From positions 1-64,000 of the IMG/VR virus record IMGVR_UViG_3300037067_013225: DNA of 64,000 nt; one strand, given 5' to 3'. How positions within the stretch are numbered: the stretch's first letter is position 1; the number at the start of each line of letters is the position of its first letter. The notes beneath the pieces were generated by a model. The model saw only the letters and a list, made by a program, of their open reading frames with translations. It had not been told where the DNA came from and did not search any database. The DNA comes from a virus (Duplodnaviria > Caudoviricetes). Below are positions 10,786-20,065 of the stretch, piece by piece. The translations under genes were made by a program, and so were the position numbers.

Positions 10786-11085
10786 ATGTCAACATTAATA
10801 CCCCTTTCTAAACTAAGTGGTTTATTTTTAAAGGCATTTCACGAATCCGGTTTCGTGCGCGATTTGCCCACGCATTTTGATCTTTATCTATGTGTACATG
10901 ATCAGAAGATATTGGGGATGGTGGATCTTTTCTCCGATAAGTGTGGAATATTTTTCGGCGATAATTTTGACGATTTGTATAAAACTTCCGTAAGTGTTTG
11001 GGCTAAAGATTTAAGCGAAGCGAAAGATATTTTCGATAAACGATATTTGATAAGCGATTCCTTATTCCAGGAGATTGATTTTTGA
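10786..11085 (+). CDS. EIDF-tagged small protein
   Basis: ends SLFQEIDF*. Confidence 0.8.
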   Translation: MSTLIPLSKLSGLFLKAFHESGFVRDLPTHFDLYLCVHDQKILGMVDLFSDKCGIFFGDNFDDLYKTSVSVWAKDLSEAKDIFDKRYLISDSLFQEIDF

Positions 11086-11378
11086 TAAAAATAAACATAC
11101 CAAACTATGCACAGATTACCGATCAATGTATTCAAACTGACTACGGCTTTGACGTTGCCGAAGGGCTTGATCCGCGATTAAGGTATTTCTGCGTATCTAT
11201 ATATCGCCGTGGTACCCACCCATCTTTATTCTTGTGTATGAGGGATAAAGATGGTGTAAATCGGGAATGGGATACCGGAATAGTATTCAATCCTTACGAT
11301 TACGAATGGAGTGTCGCCGAGGGAGTCAAATACATAGAACATCTCCTTGAAGAAGAATTGGTAGAAATCGATTTCTAA
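11082..11378 (+). CDS. EIDF-tagged protein, paralog of 1406..1717
   Basis: ends EEELVEIDF*; 3' junction DNA identical to that of 1406..1717. Confidence 0.85.
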   Translation: MIKINIPNYAQITDQCIQTDYGFDVAEGLDPRLRYFCVSIYRRGTHPSLFLCMRDKDGVNREWDTGIVFNPYDYEWSVAEGVKYIEHLLEEELVEIDF

Positions 11379-12269
11379 AATTGGATTTACGAGGTATACT
11401 AAAATTATCGCCACAACCCCGTGGGTCTTTAATATTTCAGGCAATTCGTAACCGATGTAAGATATCGTCAAAATATTTTCAAATCGTCACGCATATAATA
11501 TCGGAGAAAATATTCATGCCCAATATGGATGATTGTGTTTGCGCTATGTGGTTTAAACGTCCCGGCACTCCACTGCTATATTATTATCAGTTGCACCGAT
11601 ATCTATACGGCACCGACTATGTGATGCGCAAATGGGCATTTGATTGCTCGTTAAACAAGCTTGCTCCGAATGGCAAGGAGATATCCGATGTAGAAGCGAT
11701 TAGAGATATATATATGCTGAACTCGATATGGAGTATATCGATAGTATTCTAGATATCAATTTTGTTCCCGAAGATTTTAGAGCCGAAGCGTTCGCTCTAC
11801 TGAATTAATCATACACGGATCATTTGCGAAAAAGACCGCAATAGAGGGAGTGTTTTGAGTATTTTTCTAAATATTTGGCTATTTTAATTTCGAGCCGATT
11901 TTGAATTGGTTTAATTAAACCATATTGAATTTTGCGCGCATTATTGGCATGCCGATATTGATACATTTTCACGATTAGATTGTATCGAATTAATGTTTAT
12001 GCATAATTACGATATTATCAAACATGATTGAAAACATCGCTATACCATAACGGATAACTATACCGTACCGTTTTAGGTTTATGGTACACTTATCGGGATT
12101 TAAACCGGATGTAAGGTATTTTTTACATGGCGTGGCGTTTATCAGAATCGCGCGCGCAAGTCAATAGGTACCGAAAATTTAATCGCAATTTAACCTTCGC
12201 TCTATAAAAACCATGCAATAAACTAAGGTATAGCTGAGAGATATAATTCTAGATATCTAAAAATAACGC

Positions 12270-12298
12270 TTGACATTCGCGCTAGATTTTGTTATACT
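12270..12298 (+). promoter_or_regulatory. strong early promoter (TTGACAttcgcgct family)
   Basis: TTGACA-17-TATACT; same spacer start at 12622, 13436, 15223, 17515. Confidence 0.85.
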
Positions 12299-12346
12299 TG
12301 GCTTACGCTGAAAAACTTACAGCGTAATTATTCAAGGAGTCTTGAT

Positions 12347-12568
12347 ATGAGTGATGCATCGAAGGAAACTGTTCCCGCCGCTAAGGCCGCTACTAAGGTT
12401 TCGCGCGTTTATACGCGGAAGCCGTTGCATGTGGTTTACCGCGCGAATGGGGAAGTCGTTACCGTTGGGAACGAATTGGATGCTTTGCGTGCCGTTGCTA
12501 GCGATAAGACGCTTTCCAGCTTCGCGCTGTCACCCGGTGCTACTCTTCCCGCTATCGGTAAGAAGTAA
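12347..12568 (+). CDS. small basic Ala-rich early protein, monocistronic
   Basis: own promoter, AAGGAG SD, own terminator. Confidence 0.8.
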   Translation: MSDASKETVPAAKAATKVSRVYTRKPLHVVYRANGEVVTVGNELDALRAVASDKTLSSFALSPGATLPAIGKK

Positions 12569-12591
12569 CAGGCGCTAAGCGCTTCCAATTG

Positions 12592-12616
12592 ATCCCGCTT
12601 CGGCGGGATTTTTTTT
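12592..12616 (+). terminator. intrinsic terminator
   Basis: ATCCCGC-TTCG-GCGGGAT plus T run. Confidence 0.9.
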
Positions 12617-12621
12617 ATTCC

Positions 12622-12650
12622 TTGACATTCGCGCTTGAATGTGATACAAT
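12622..12650 (+). promoter_or_regulatory. strong early promoter
   Basis: TTGACA-17-TACAAT with extended TG. Confidence 0.85.
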
Positions 12651-12674
12651 AGCATTATTCAAGGAGCGGTAAAA

Positions 12675-13439
12675 ATGAGCTTAACCAAAAGCGCCATGCT
12701 TGAGAATGCGCAAGCATCCGGCTATGATATCGTAAAATCCAAGGTCATGGATCACAATACACTAAGCTTCATTTCGTCCGATGGCGCAAGCCATGTACAA
12801 TTGCACAATACCGTTATTTTTTCGCGCTTACCGGATGATACCTTAGTATTGAATACCGGAAAATGGAAAACCGTAACCACGAAAGATAGACTAAACAAAT
12901 GTCTTAATCGGGTAACGCGTGAATTAGGTTATTCACATGTATCTATCGGATCAATCAATGGCATGTGGTATTTGTATGATGGGGATAACAAAATTCCATT
13001 TTATGATGGTATGCGTTTTCAATTGGGTAATTATTCCCACTTGGCAACCGAAAGTATAAGTAAATTAAATGAGGTAAAGGCTCTAAAAAAGAAACTGGAT
13101 GCCTATATCAAGGCATGTAAGGAATATCTAAACACTAATAAGGTATTTCCCATGCCGAATGGTGGGGATTGCTGGTATTGTAGTATGGTTACAACCGATG
13201 GCAAATCATTAGGGGAAGCTGTATCCGATACCAGTCATTTGGTAAATCATTTGGATGAATCGTACATATTTGGTTCATTGGTTTACAATGCGTTAAAGGA
13301 TTGTAACGCCGGTCAATACTGGTATTCTGTTGCTTTCGATATCAATCAAGCCAATTATTCCGGCATTGAATACCGCATAAATCAGATATTGTGCAGATTC
13401 ATTCGCAAATATCTTAAGAAGCGGCTAGGTTTAGCTTGA
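12675..13439 (+). CDS. early protein related to 16881..17222
   Basis: LNTGKWKTVTTKDRLN versus LDNGGYHTATTKARMN; C-terminal GGDCWYC. Confidence 0.8.
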   Translation: MSLTKSAMLENAQASGYDIVKSKVMDHNTLSFISSDGASHVQLHNTVIFSRLPDDTLVLNTGKWKTVTTKDRLNKCLNRVTRELGYSHVSIGSINGMWYLYDGDNKIPFYDGMRFQLGNYSHLATESISKLNEVKALKKKLDAYIKACKEYLNTNKVFPMPNGGDCWYCSMVTTDGKSLGEAVSDTSHLVNHLDESYIFGSLVYNALKDCNAGQYWYSVAFDINQANYSGIEYRINQILCRFIRKYLKKRLGLA

Positions 13440-13464
13440 CATTCGCGCTTAAATGCGCTATAAT
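13436..13464 (+). promoter_or_regulatory. strong early promoter, identical to 15223..15251
   Basis: TTGACAttcgcgcttaaatgcgcTATAAT at both sites. Confidence 0.9.
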
Positions 13465-14634
13465 GGATCATCATTAAAGGAACGGACATGTCATTAGAAC
13501 CGGATGAAGATTCCCTATGCAGTGAAGATCATATTCACTGGTATCAACACGGTAAGCTAGTTTTAACACTGGATGAAGATTTAACTAGCAAGGAACGCAA
13601 TCACGATTTGCTTAAATATATGCAAAGCGTTAATTTCTACGTTAATTGCTTTTGGATTAGCGATCATGGAAACGCACATCTTATTAATTTAGCACACTAG
13701 ATTAATTTGGAGGTTATTATGTGTAGATATTGTAACGAGAAAACAACCACGCTGGTAACGCTAGCGCAAGCGGATTATTTAGCGTGTGAGGATAAATATA
13801 CCGATATTCCGGTATGTGACCGGTGCGCGAATCAAATCACTAGTACATTCATCGCCACACGCGAAGATATCGAATGCAAGCTATAGCCGTGATCGTTTTA
13901 ATTGGCGCGGTTGTTATATTGATTGCGTTATTTATAACGCTAGTATTTATCGAAATGGGAAGGATATAATGCGCAAATCTTTAGAGCAAAGCTGTATTTA
14001 TTTCGTACATTATGGCTTACCGGGATGTTTGCCGAATTATTCCTATGCGTGCGGATCAATGGCGGAAGCGAATCGCTATATTGAAGAAATGCGCGCGGAA
14101 TATGACGATTCCGATACGGAAAACAATTATACTGATCCGTGCGATTTTGATATTGCGGAAAGTACAATATCGCAAGCGGTAAAGGATTGCGATATCGAAA
14201 CATCCAGCAAAACAACCAAAAGGGAAATTTTGCAAAAAATTAACGAGATGGTGTAATAATGATTGTTGGGTTTAAAATTGGCGCATGGCATTTTAATTTA
14301 ATTGATTATTACCGCGACAAATATACCATATCATTGGGTATCTTGAATATAATTAATTATAAGATACTTGACTTCGATTTATTTCATGTGCTTATAGGTG
14401 CATATGATGGCGTAAAATTGCGCCAAGATCATAAAATGAGTTTCAAGGGATTTAGTATATTGTCATTTCGCCATAACAAATATGATATAATGGCATTAAT
14501 TGCTATTTATCCCGGCTGGTATCGAAGTATGCACTATTATTTTAGCGCAAAATTGCGCAATTTAGTAAGCATATTTTTTATTCCGCTTGTATATATTTGG
14601 GATAGCTATTATTTTCTGCGCAAAGACTAAGGGA

Positions 14635-14689
14635 TTTAATCAGAATTTAACCCATATCTATTGCAATTCGCATGAATATTTGCTATAAT
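14635..14689 (+). promoter_or_regulatory. promoter with phased TTTAAY boxes
   Basis: TTTAAT 14635, TTTAAC 14646; TTGCAA(14661)-17-TATAAT. Confidence 0.75.
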
Positions 14690-15222
14690 AGGATAGTTAA
14701 GGAGCGGATATGCCTTACAAGCTTAACAAACGCGATTATTATTTCAAGCGATATAAGTGCGAATATGGGCATTCATTCGGTAGCGATGCCTTTAGGCGCG
14801 CTTGCTGGCGTACATATTTGGGATATTTGCGCGGTACCGATGATCCGCAAAGCGATAGCGATGTGTTGGGGTGGTTAGAAAACATCGCTAGTGAAAAAGT
14901 AAATAACCCTAAATCAAAATTCTACATATATGGCTAAGCCCAAGGCTCTAAAAATAACACATTATTGCGGATCAAGATTATTAAGGAGATATTATGAATG
15001 ATCTTGCCAAGCAAGCGATTAAAGTTTGCGAAAATCTTAACCATGTGATGATAAAATCGGACGGTTTATCTAATCATGGGCAATTTGAATACTTTACATG
15101 TAAGAAATGTAATGCTTTATGCATTGTAGATAATTCGCCTAATGCAGTAACGCCTTATGGCGGAATTGCATGTTTTCACGATTGCGATTTAGCAAGGGAA
15201 ATATTTAACGGTTCTAAATAGC

Positions 15223-15251
15223 TTGACATTCGCGCTTAAATGCGCTATAAT
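15223..15251 (+). promoter_or_regulatory. strong early promoter
   Basis: TTGACA-17-TATAAT. Confidence 0.9.
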
Positions 15252-16312
15252 GGGAATATCTTAAGGAATGGATATGGAATATCTTTATGGCGTGTTTGTT
15301 ATGAGGGAAGGCCGCGCATTATCCTATGAGACTATGCCAGCGGATATGCCTATAGGATATGGAACACTAGCGCAAGCGCGGAAGATTTGCGCATCGGCTG
15401 AGCGCGATTGTAAGCGCGACGCATTCATTATTAGGATTGATAGCGCGGCGGGTGACGTTCCTTCCGGTTGCGAAAAATTGCGGGAATTACTTAATTCCAT
15501 TCGCTTAAACGATATAAATACCGATGCGATATCTCTATGTTTGAAGGAATATCATCGCACTACCGGTAGATATGGCGAATTAATCCAGTAAGGTGGTATT
15601 ATGGCAAGGTATATTATTGACGTTTATTATAAGCAAAATCCGTATAAAGATGATTGCGTATTTTTAGCATCATTATTTGCGCATACCTTTTATGATGCCG
15701 CTGAAATGATTCGTAACAGATTATTTAGCGGGAGTGATCCATCATTGGGTAGCGGTTTAATCGGATTAAGCTGCGCTTTTGCTATTCGTCCCGCCACATA
15801 TAAGATGCGTTCGGGATGGTATTATATTGGCGGATGGGGAAGTAGTGCGCCAGAAATATGGATGAAGCGGCGGAAATACTAAATGAGTGTAATAGAGCGT
15901 ATTCATACTGCTTGGCTCTATGAAAATATCATATATAATATATATAAGACACATAGAGCATCTTTATTTGCGTTGCGTATATATTTGCGCTGATCCGTAT
16001 TTATTGACGTATCCGTATTCATCTACGCTTGACTGGATATATTGCGTTACGTATACATTTACGGCGATTTTATGAACGATTTGTGTTGACACGATATCGG
16101 GGGGATATTGGGACACTTTTACGATTCCATATCCGCAAATGATTTCCCACATATTCCGCAATCTAATACGTTCCCGCAATCGATATCTTTCCGCAAACGA
16201 ATATGGTTAACGCTTACGATATCTGTGCATGATATCGATATGATACCGAATGCGTTTAAGTCAAAGCTCGCCTTTGGCTTCACTTATCAGAATCGCACGC
16301 GAATGTCAAGCG

Positions 16313-16392
16313 TTTAACCGGAATTTAATACGGCAGTTTAACGTCAATTTAACTTAGACGCTCTATGAAAACGCATCGGAAAGTGCTATAAT
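16313..16392 (+). promoter_or_regulatory. promoter with four TTTAAY boxes
   Basis: boxes 16313, 16324, 16337, 16348; TATGAA(16364)-17-TATAAT. Confidence 0.75.
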
Positions 16393-16434
16393 ATAAATCA
16401 TTAGAGCCTTGGGCTTAGCAATAAGGAGAAATGT

Positions 16435-16695
16435 ATGCATCACGCAAAAGAAATTGCCGCAATCGCAAATCGTTTTCAAGCGGATTACAATCTGTTTTGC
16501 GAAATTGAATATCGTTTCAATGAGGTTAACGGATTAGATAGCAAATATCTTTTAACAATCCGAAGCGATGATTCAACGTTTATCGAAAAATTAGGCTTTG
16601 CCGGTTCTAAACACAATTTTAAGCTTTTAAGGTTTTATTTGGAAGCTTGGGAAGCTGGTTATAAGGCCGCGAAAGATACATTTACGGATATCTAA
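16435..16695 (+). CDS. hypothetical early protein
   Basis: TAAGGAG SD. Confidence 0.7.
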   Translation: MHHAKEIAAIANRFQADYNLFCEIEYRFNEVNGLDSKYLLTIRSDDSTFIEKLGFAGSKHNFKLLRFYLEAWEAGYKAAKDTFTDI

Positions 16696-16880
16696 TAAAT
16701 AGGGTGAATTATGATAACTCAAGAGATAAATAGCCACCCTAATACAATAGGATGGGAACCTAACGGAAGAAGGGTTTATCGCTTAGTTAGTATTTATGAT
16801 TCTAATAACTTGATCCGGGCATTTATGCGCGTAGATGAATTAACGGGTGAAATATTGTTTATGCAGTCGGGGAGTAAATC

Positions 16881-17222
16881 ATGCGAACAAATCGCTTAGG
16901 TACGCATGCAACCGCCATACATCCGATACCTAACGGATTCGCAATCGCTTACCACGCTACCGATATCGTGAGCGTGCAAGATATCGTAAATGCGCAAGGC
17001 ATCGCTAGCGGTAAAGTGATCCGGCTTGATAATGGCGGATATCATACCGCCACGACTAAAGCGCGCATGAATCAGGCGGCAAGGCAGTTTGGTTTACCGT
17101 ATTCAGTATATCAAGAGCATTTCCAATGGTATATTGAATACAATAATAGAGCCTTTCCCTTTGATAAAACGGCAGAGATTCGCATCGAAAACGGAAAAGA
17201 TTCCATCATTTTAGATGCTTAG
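16881..17222 (+). CDS. early protein related to N-terminal half of 12675..13439
   Basis: YHATDIV...LDNGGYHTATTKARMN. Confidence 0.75.
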   Translation: MRTNRLGTHATAIHPIPNGFAIAYHATDIVSVQDIVNAQGIASGKVIRLDNGGYHTATTKARMNQAARQFGLPYSVYQEHFQWYIEYNNRAFPFDKTAEIRIENGKDSIILDA

Positions 17223-17386
17223 CAAATATCAGCGCAAAAGATTACAGCAATTAGAAGCGCAATCCGCCGCAAAAGATATAGTACGGTTGCGCCCAATATT
17301 GGCGCAAATCAAATCTTTTAAAGCGGATTATAAACTGGTGAGCGCGATAATTAAACGGATTCTAGATAAGCTATATTTTAGCGAAA

Positions 17387-17431
17387 TTTAACCGTTTAGC
17401 TATTGCAATGCGCGAATATTTGCGCTATAAT
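17387..17431 (+). promoter_or_regulatory. promoter with TTTAAC box, driving a very short non-coding transcript
   Basis: TTTAAC 17387; TTGCAA(17403)-17-TATAAT; terminator about 50 nt downstream. Confidence 0.65.
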
Positions 17432-17479
17432 TGGATCATTCAGGTATAGTATATTAGGTTCATTTAGATATGGCCTAAG

Positions 17480-17501
17480 ATGGCGCGAAAGCGCCATTTT
17501 T
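17480..17501 (+). terminator. intrinsic terminator
   Basis: ATGGCGC-GAAA-GCGCCAT plus T run. Confidence 0.8.
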
Positions 17502-17514
17502 ATTATCTAAACGC

Positions 17515-17543
17515 TTGACATTCGCGCTTGAATGTGATATAAT
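17515..17543 (+). promoter_or_regulatory. strong early promoter
   Basis: TTGACA-17-TATAAT. Confidence 0.9.
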
Positions 17544-17567
17544 AGAATTATCATAAAGGAGACGGCA

Positions 17568-17801
17568 ATGGAAAAGGCACAATTCAGCATTTCGCCCAGT
17601 AAAACAACTATAAAATACCTTGATACTTTGGTTGAAATATTTATTCGATACAACGGATATGGTTTAGACCAATATCGTTCCTTTATGCAATCTATAATGC
17701 TTAACGATAATTTTCAATACATATATTTTATGGATGCATGGTATATTTTAATAACCATGGAATTAATCGAGCAACGCGGAGGTCTTTGGTTTTACAAGTA
17801 A
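17568..17801 (+). CDS. hypothetical early protein
   Basis: AAGGAG SD; followed by GCGGCG/CGCCGC hairpin plus T run at 17809-17830. Confidence 0.7.
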   Translation: MEKAQFSISPSKTTIKYLDTLVEIFIRYNGYGLDQYRSFMQSIMLNDNFQYIYFMDAWYILITMELIEQRGGLWFYK

Positions 17802-17967
17802 TTATTGTGCGGCGGTTTATCGCCGCTTTTGTCTAGCACGTTAAAACGCTTAAGTTAAAGCTCTTATGCACTTATCATATCTGAGTGTGAATGTCAAGCT
17901 TATTTATGGCCGCTAGCGCTCTAAAAAAATCCCATGTATAATTACCCTCAGATATCCCTTTATCCTT

Positions 17968-17992
17968 ACCACGGGCATTTATGAGCGTCTCA
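17968..17992. repeat. 25-bp exact repeat, second copy 28158..28182
   Basis: ACCACGGGCATTTATGAGCGTCTCA in two non-coding regions. Confidence 0.9.
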
Positions 17993-18037
17993 CGATATCG
18001 TGAGCGGTAGATATCTGGACGAAATATCTTAGACCGC

Positions 18038-18175
18038 TTGACTTATGCGGGAAATCGTGCTATACTTATCTTAAGTCGAAGTAAAGGCTTCGATAAGGGA
18101 AAAGGAAAGCTGCATTAGCAATGTAGAGCTAGCGGGTAAGCCTGCTAAGGGATACCTTAACAGCACGCGGCTAGC
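18038..18175 (+). ncRNA. promoter plus putative structured RNA, copy 1
   Basis: TTGACT-17-TATACT; 5' hairpin; core GCTAGC-GGGTAAGCC...AGCACGCG-GCTAGC at 18128-18175. Confidence 0.55.
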
Positions 18176-18317
18176 ATTAATTTTCTTAGAGGCAAAGGAG
18201 CATATATGAGTGATCCACCGGGTATCTAGGGCTTGGCTCTAAAAAAATACCTAGGAAATCGTTAAAGGAGTATATATGCGTTAAATAGCTATTCAATTTG
18301 GTATTCATGTTTATCAT

Positions 18318-18343
18318 GCTGGGCGAAAGCCCAGCTTTTTTTT
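18318..18343 (+). terminator. intrinsic terminator
   Basis: GCTGGGC-GAAA-GCCCAGC plus T8. Confidence 0.9.
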
Positions 18344-18368
18344 GCGATATCGCTTTTTTTCTAAACGC

Positions 18369-18521
18369 TTGACTTACGCGGGGAATCGTGTTATACTTAT
18401 CTTAAGTCAAAACGACATAGCCGTTTTGAATATCGCTGTATTGATAACTACACAAGCGGTAGATTAGATGTATAGAGCTAGCGGATAAGTCTTCGCCATA
18501 ATGACGTAGCACGCGGCTAGC
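18369..18521 (+). ncRNA. promoter plus putative structured RNA, copy 2
   Basis: near-identical promoter; 5' hairpin; core GCTAGC-GGATAAGTC...AGCACGCG-GCTAGC at 18477-18521. Confidence 0.55.
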
Positions 18522-18713
18522 AATCTATTTTCGGAGTATATCATGCTGTGCGAAATGTGTAACGCAAACGAATCGCATCACTATATTACCGAAATGAACA
18601 TTTGCGATATCTGTGCGGAATGTGCGATATCAGCATCATTAGATACGTATGCTTTAGAAGTGGAAAGGATTCTAAATCAAATGATTTTAGAGGAGCCGCT
18701 ATGTTATGCTTAG

Positions 18714-18953
18714 ATGAAATGCTCATTATGGCGGTTTTTGTTTGCATCGCAATTGTTTTCAGCTTTATATTTAGGAGATGAAATGCATTTTGTTTATTTC
18801 TTCGCGTTTATGATATATGGCGCAATATTTCTTTTGCGTTATTCTATGTCGCCCGAAACGGGATTTATAGGCGGTTTAATCGCCTTAAGTTTCATAATTC
18901 TTTATGGATATCTAGATGAGATTCTAAAGGAATTGCGGGAACCACCTAAATAG
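18714..18953 (+). CDS. small membrane protein
   Basis: 79 aa with about three hydrophobic segments; hairpin AGCCGGAC-GAAA-GTCCGGCT follows. Confidence 0.6.
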   Translation: MKCSLWRFLFASQLFSALYLGDEMHFVYFFAFMIYGAIFLLRYSMSPETGFIGGLIALSFIILYGYLDEILKELREPPK

Positions 18954-19045
18954 CTATATCTTATAATCTCCTGGACAGCCGGACGAAAGTCCGGCTTTAT
19001 ATAGCGATATCATTGCTTATCATATCGAAGCGCGAATGTAAACGA

Positions 19046-19137
19046 TTTAATGAATATTTAACCGTAATTTAATACGGAAGATTTAAGCGAAATTTAACCT
19101 AAAGGCTCTATGAATTCGTACAAAACCGTGCTATAAT
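19046..19137 (+). promoter_or_regulatory. promoter with five TTTAAN boxes
   Basis: boxes 19046, 19057, 19068, 19082, 19093; GGCTCTA overlapping TATGAA(19109)-17-TATAAT. Confidence 0.75.
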
Positions 19138-19161
19138 AGAACCATATCAAAAGGAGCTAAG

Positions 19162-19476
19162 ATGTTTGAGCCATTAGACATAACCGAAGTTACCACATTG
19201 GTTAGCGCTTGCGAAGGTATCCAAGTGAATAAGGATAATAAGCTGTATGGCATAAAGGCTATTCGGAACGCTGGGTACGATTTTAAACCTTCCGGCATTA
19301 GCATTCGGTTAGCAGCTACTTTTATACGCTGGATATTCGAAACGTATCTCGGTAGTGTGGGGCTGATCGATGTTTCCGAATATATCATCACGCAAGATTG
19401 CCTTAAGGCTTTTAACGATTCGTGCGGATATCGTTACGGATTGACTACGGGCGATGGAAACAGATTTAAGCGGTAA
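19162..19476 (+). CDS. hypothetical early protein
   Basis: AAGGAG SD; terminator AGGGCC-GAAT-GGCCCT plus T run at about 19506-19527. Confidence 0.7.
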   Translation: MFEPLDITEVTTLVSACEGIQVNKDNKLYGIKAIRNAGYDFKPSGISIRLAATFIRWIFETYLGSVGLIDVSEYIITQDCLKAFNDSCGYRYGLTTGDGNRFKR

Positions 19477-19810
19477 AGCAAATAATATAAAGCTTCCTGA
19501 TATCTAGGGCCGAATGGCCCTTTTTTTATGCGCAAAAATAATGATTAAATTCCGGTTAAAGGTATATCATTGCGCATGCGAATATGATAAGCGCGAATTG
19601 GGCGAAAAGTTTAGATGGGGGAGGGGTGTTTGAAAAGAAGTTCTAGTCCCTATCCAAATTTTTTTCCATATCCCTTTTCCAAATCCCTCATATCTCCATA
19701 TCCCTTCCCCCGTATGAAATCCCTCAATCCCTCAGATTTTTTTTTCTTCATGCGTTTTCTTTGTCAACGATATCTACCAAATTTCATAGAGCCTGGCTTG
19801 TAGAAAATCC

Positions 19811-20065
19811 TCAACTTCCCTTAGAAATATCTTTTGCGTCAATAATAACCCTCTCATATCCGTCATAATAACTTATCTCGTATGTATGATGCAAAATTAA
19901 TCGCCCAAATAAAAGTCTATCACACTTGAATGTTCCTAAATCTGTCTCTATGGTGGTTCCCGCGAAATGAATATCCTTCTCCAATACAACTATATGCGTT
20001 TGATTCGTTTCAGGATTTATGCAGGATGTTAAAATCAGTGTAATCAGTATAATGAAATACCTCAT
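19811..20065 (-). CDS. small lipoprotein
   Basis: restart at 20065 (GGAGG SD): MRYFIILITLILTSC lipobox. Confidence 0.7.
   Translation of the reverse strand: MRYFIILITLILTSCINPETNQTHIVVLEKDIHFAGTTIETDLGTFKCDRLLFGRLILHHTYEISYYDGYERVIIDAKDISKGS

Larger units (their letters stand above)
13488..15882 (+). other. cluster of small hypothetical early genes (13488..13700, ~13968..14256, 14259..14630, 14710..14937, 14994..15221, 15268..15591, 15601..15882)
   Basis: SD-preceded + strand ORFs interleaved with promoters; no recognised domains. Confidence 0.65.

Noticed and set aside
11381-11752. Twentieth tagged protein (ends ISIVF)
   Set aside because: Lacks the invariant Asp and has a weak TTG start; at most a decayed member.
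15964-16317. ORFs 15964..16179(-) and 16108..16317(+)
   Set aside because: Weak starts, no SD, mutually overlapping; treated as non-coding.
12270-17543. CRISPR array from the recurring CTTGACATTCGCGCT repeat
   Set aside because: Copies are hundreds to thousands of bp apart and are promoters; no regular spacers or cas genes.
18100-18180. c-di-GMP-I riboswitch or hammerhead identity for the duplicated RNA
   Set aside because: No GGCAAA/GACGCAAAG or CTGATGA/GAAA core; left unassigned.
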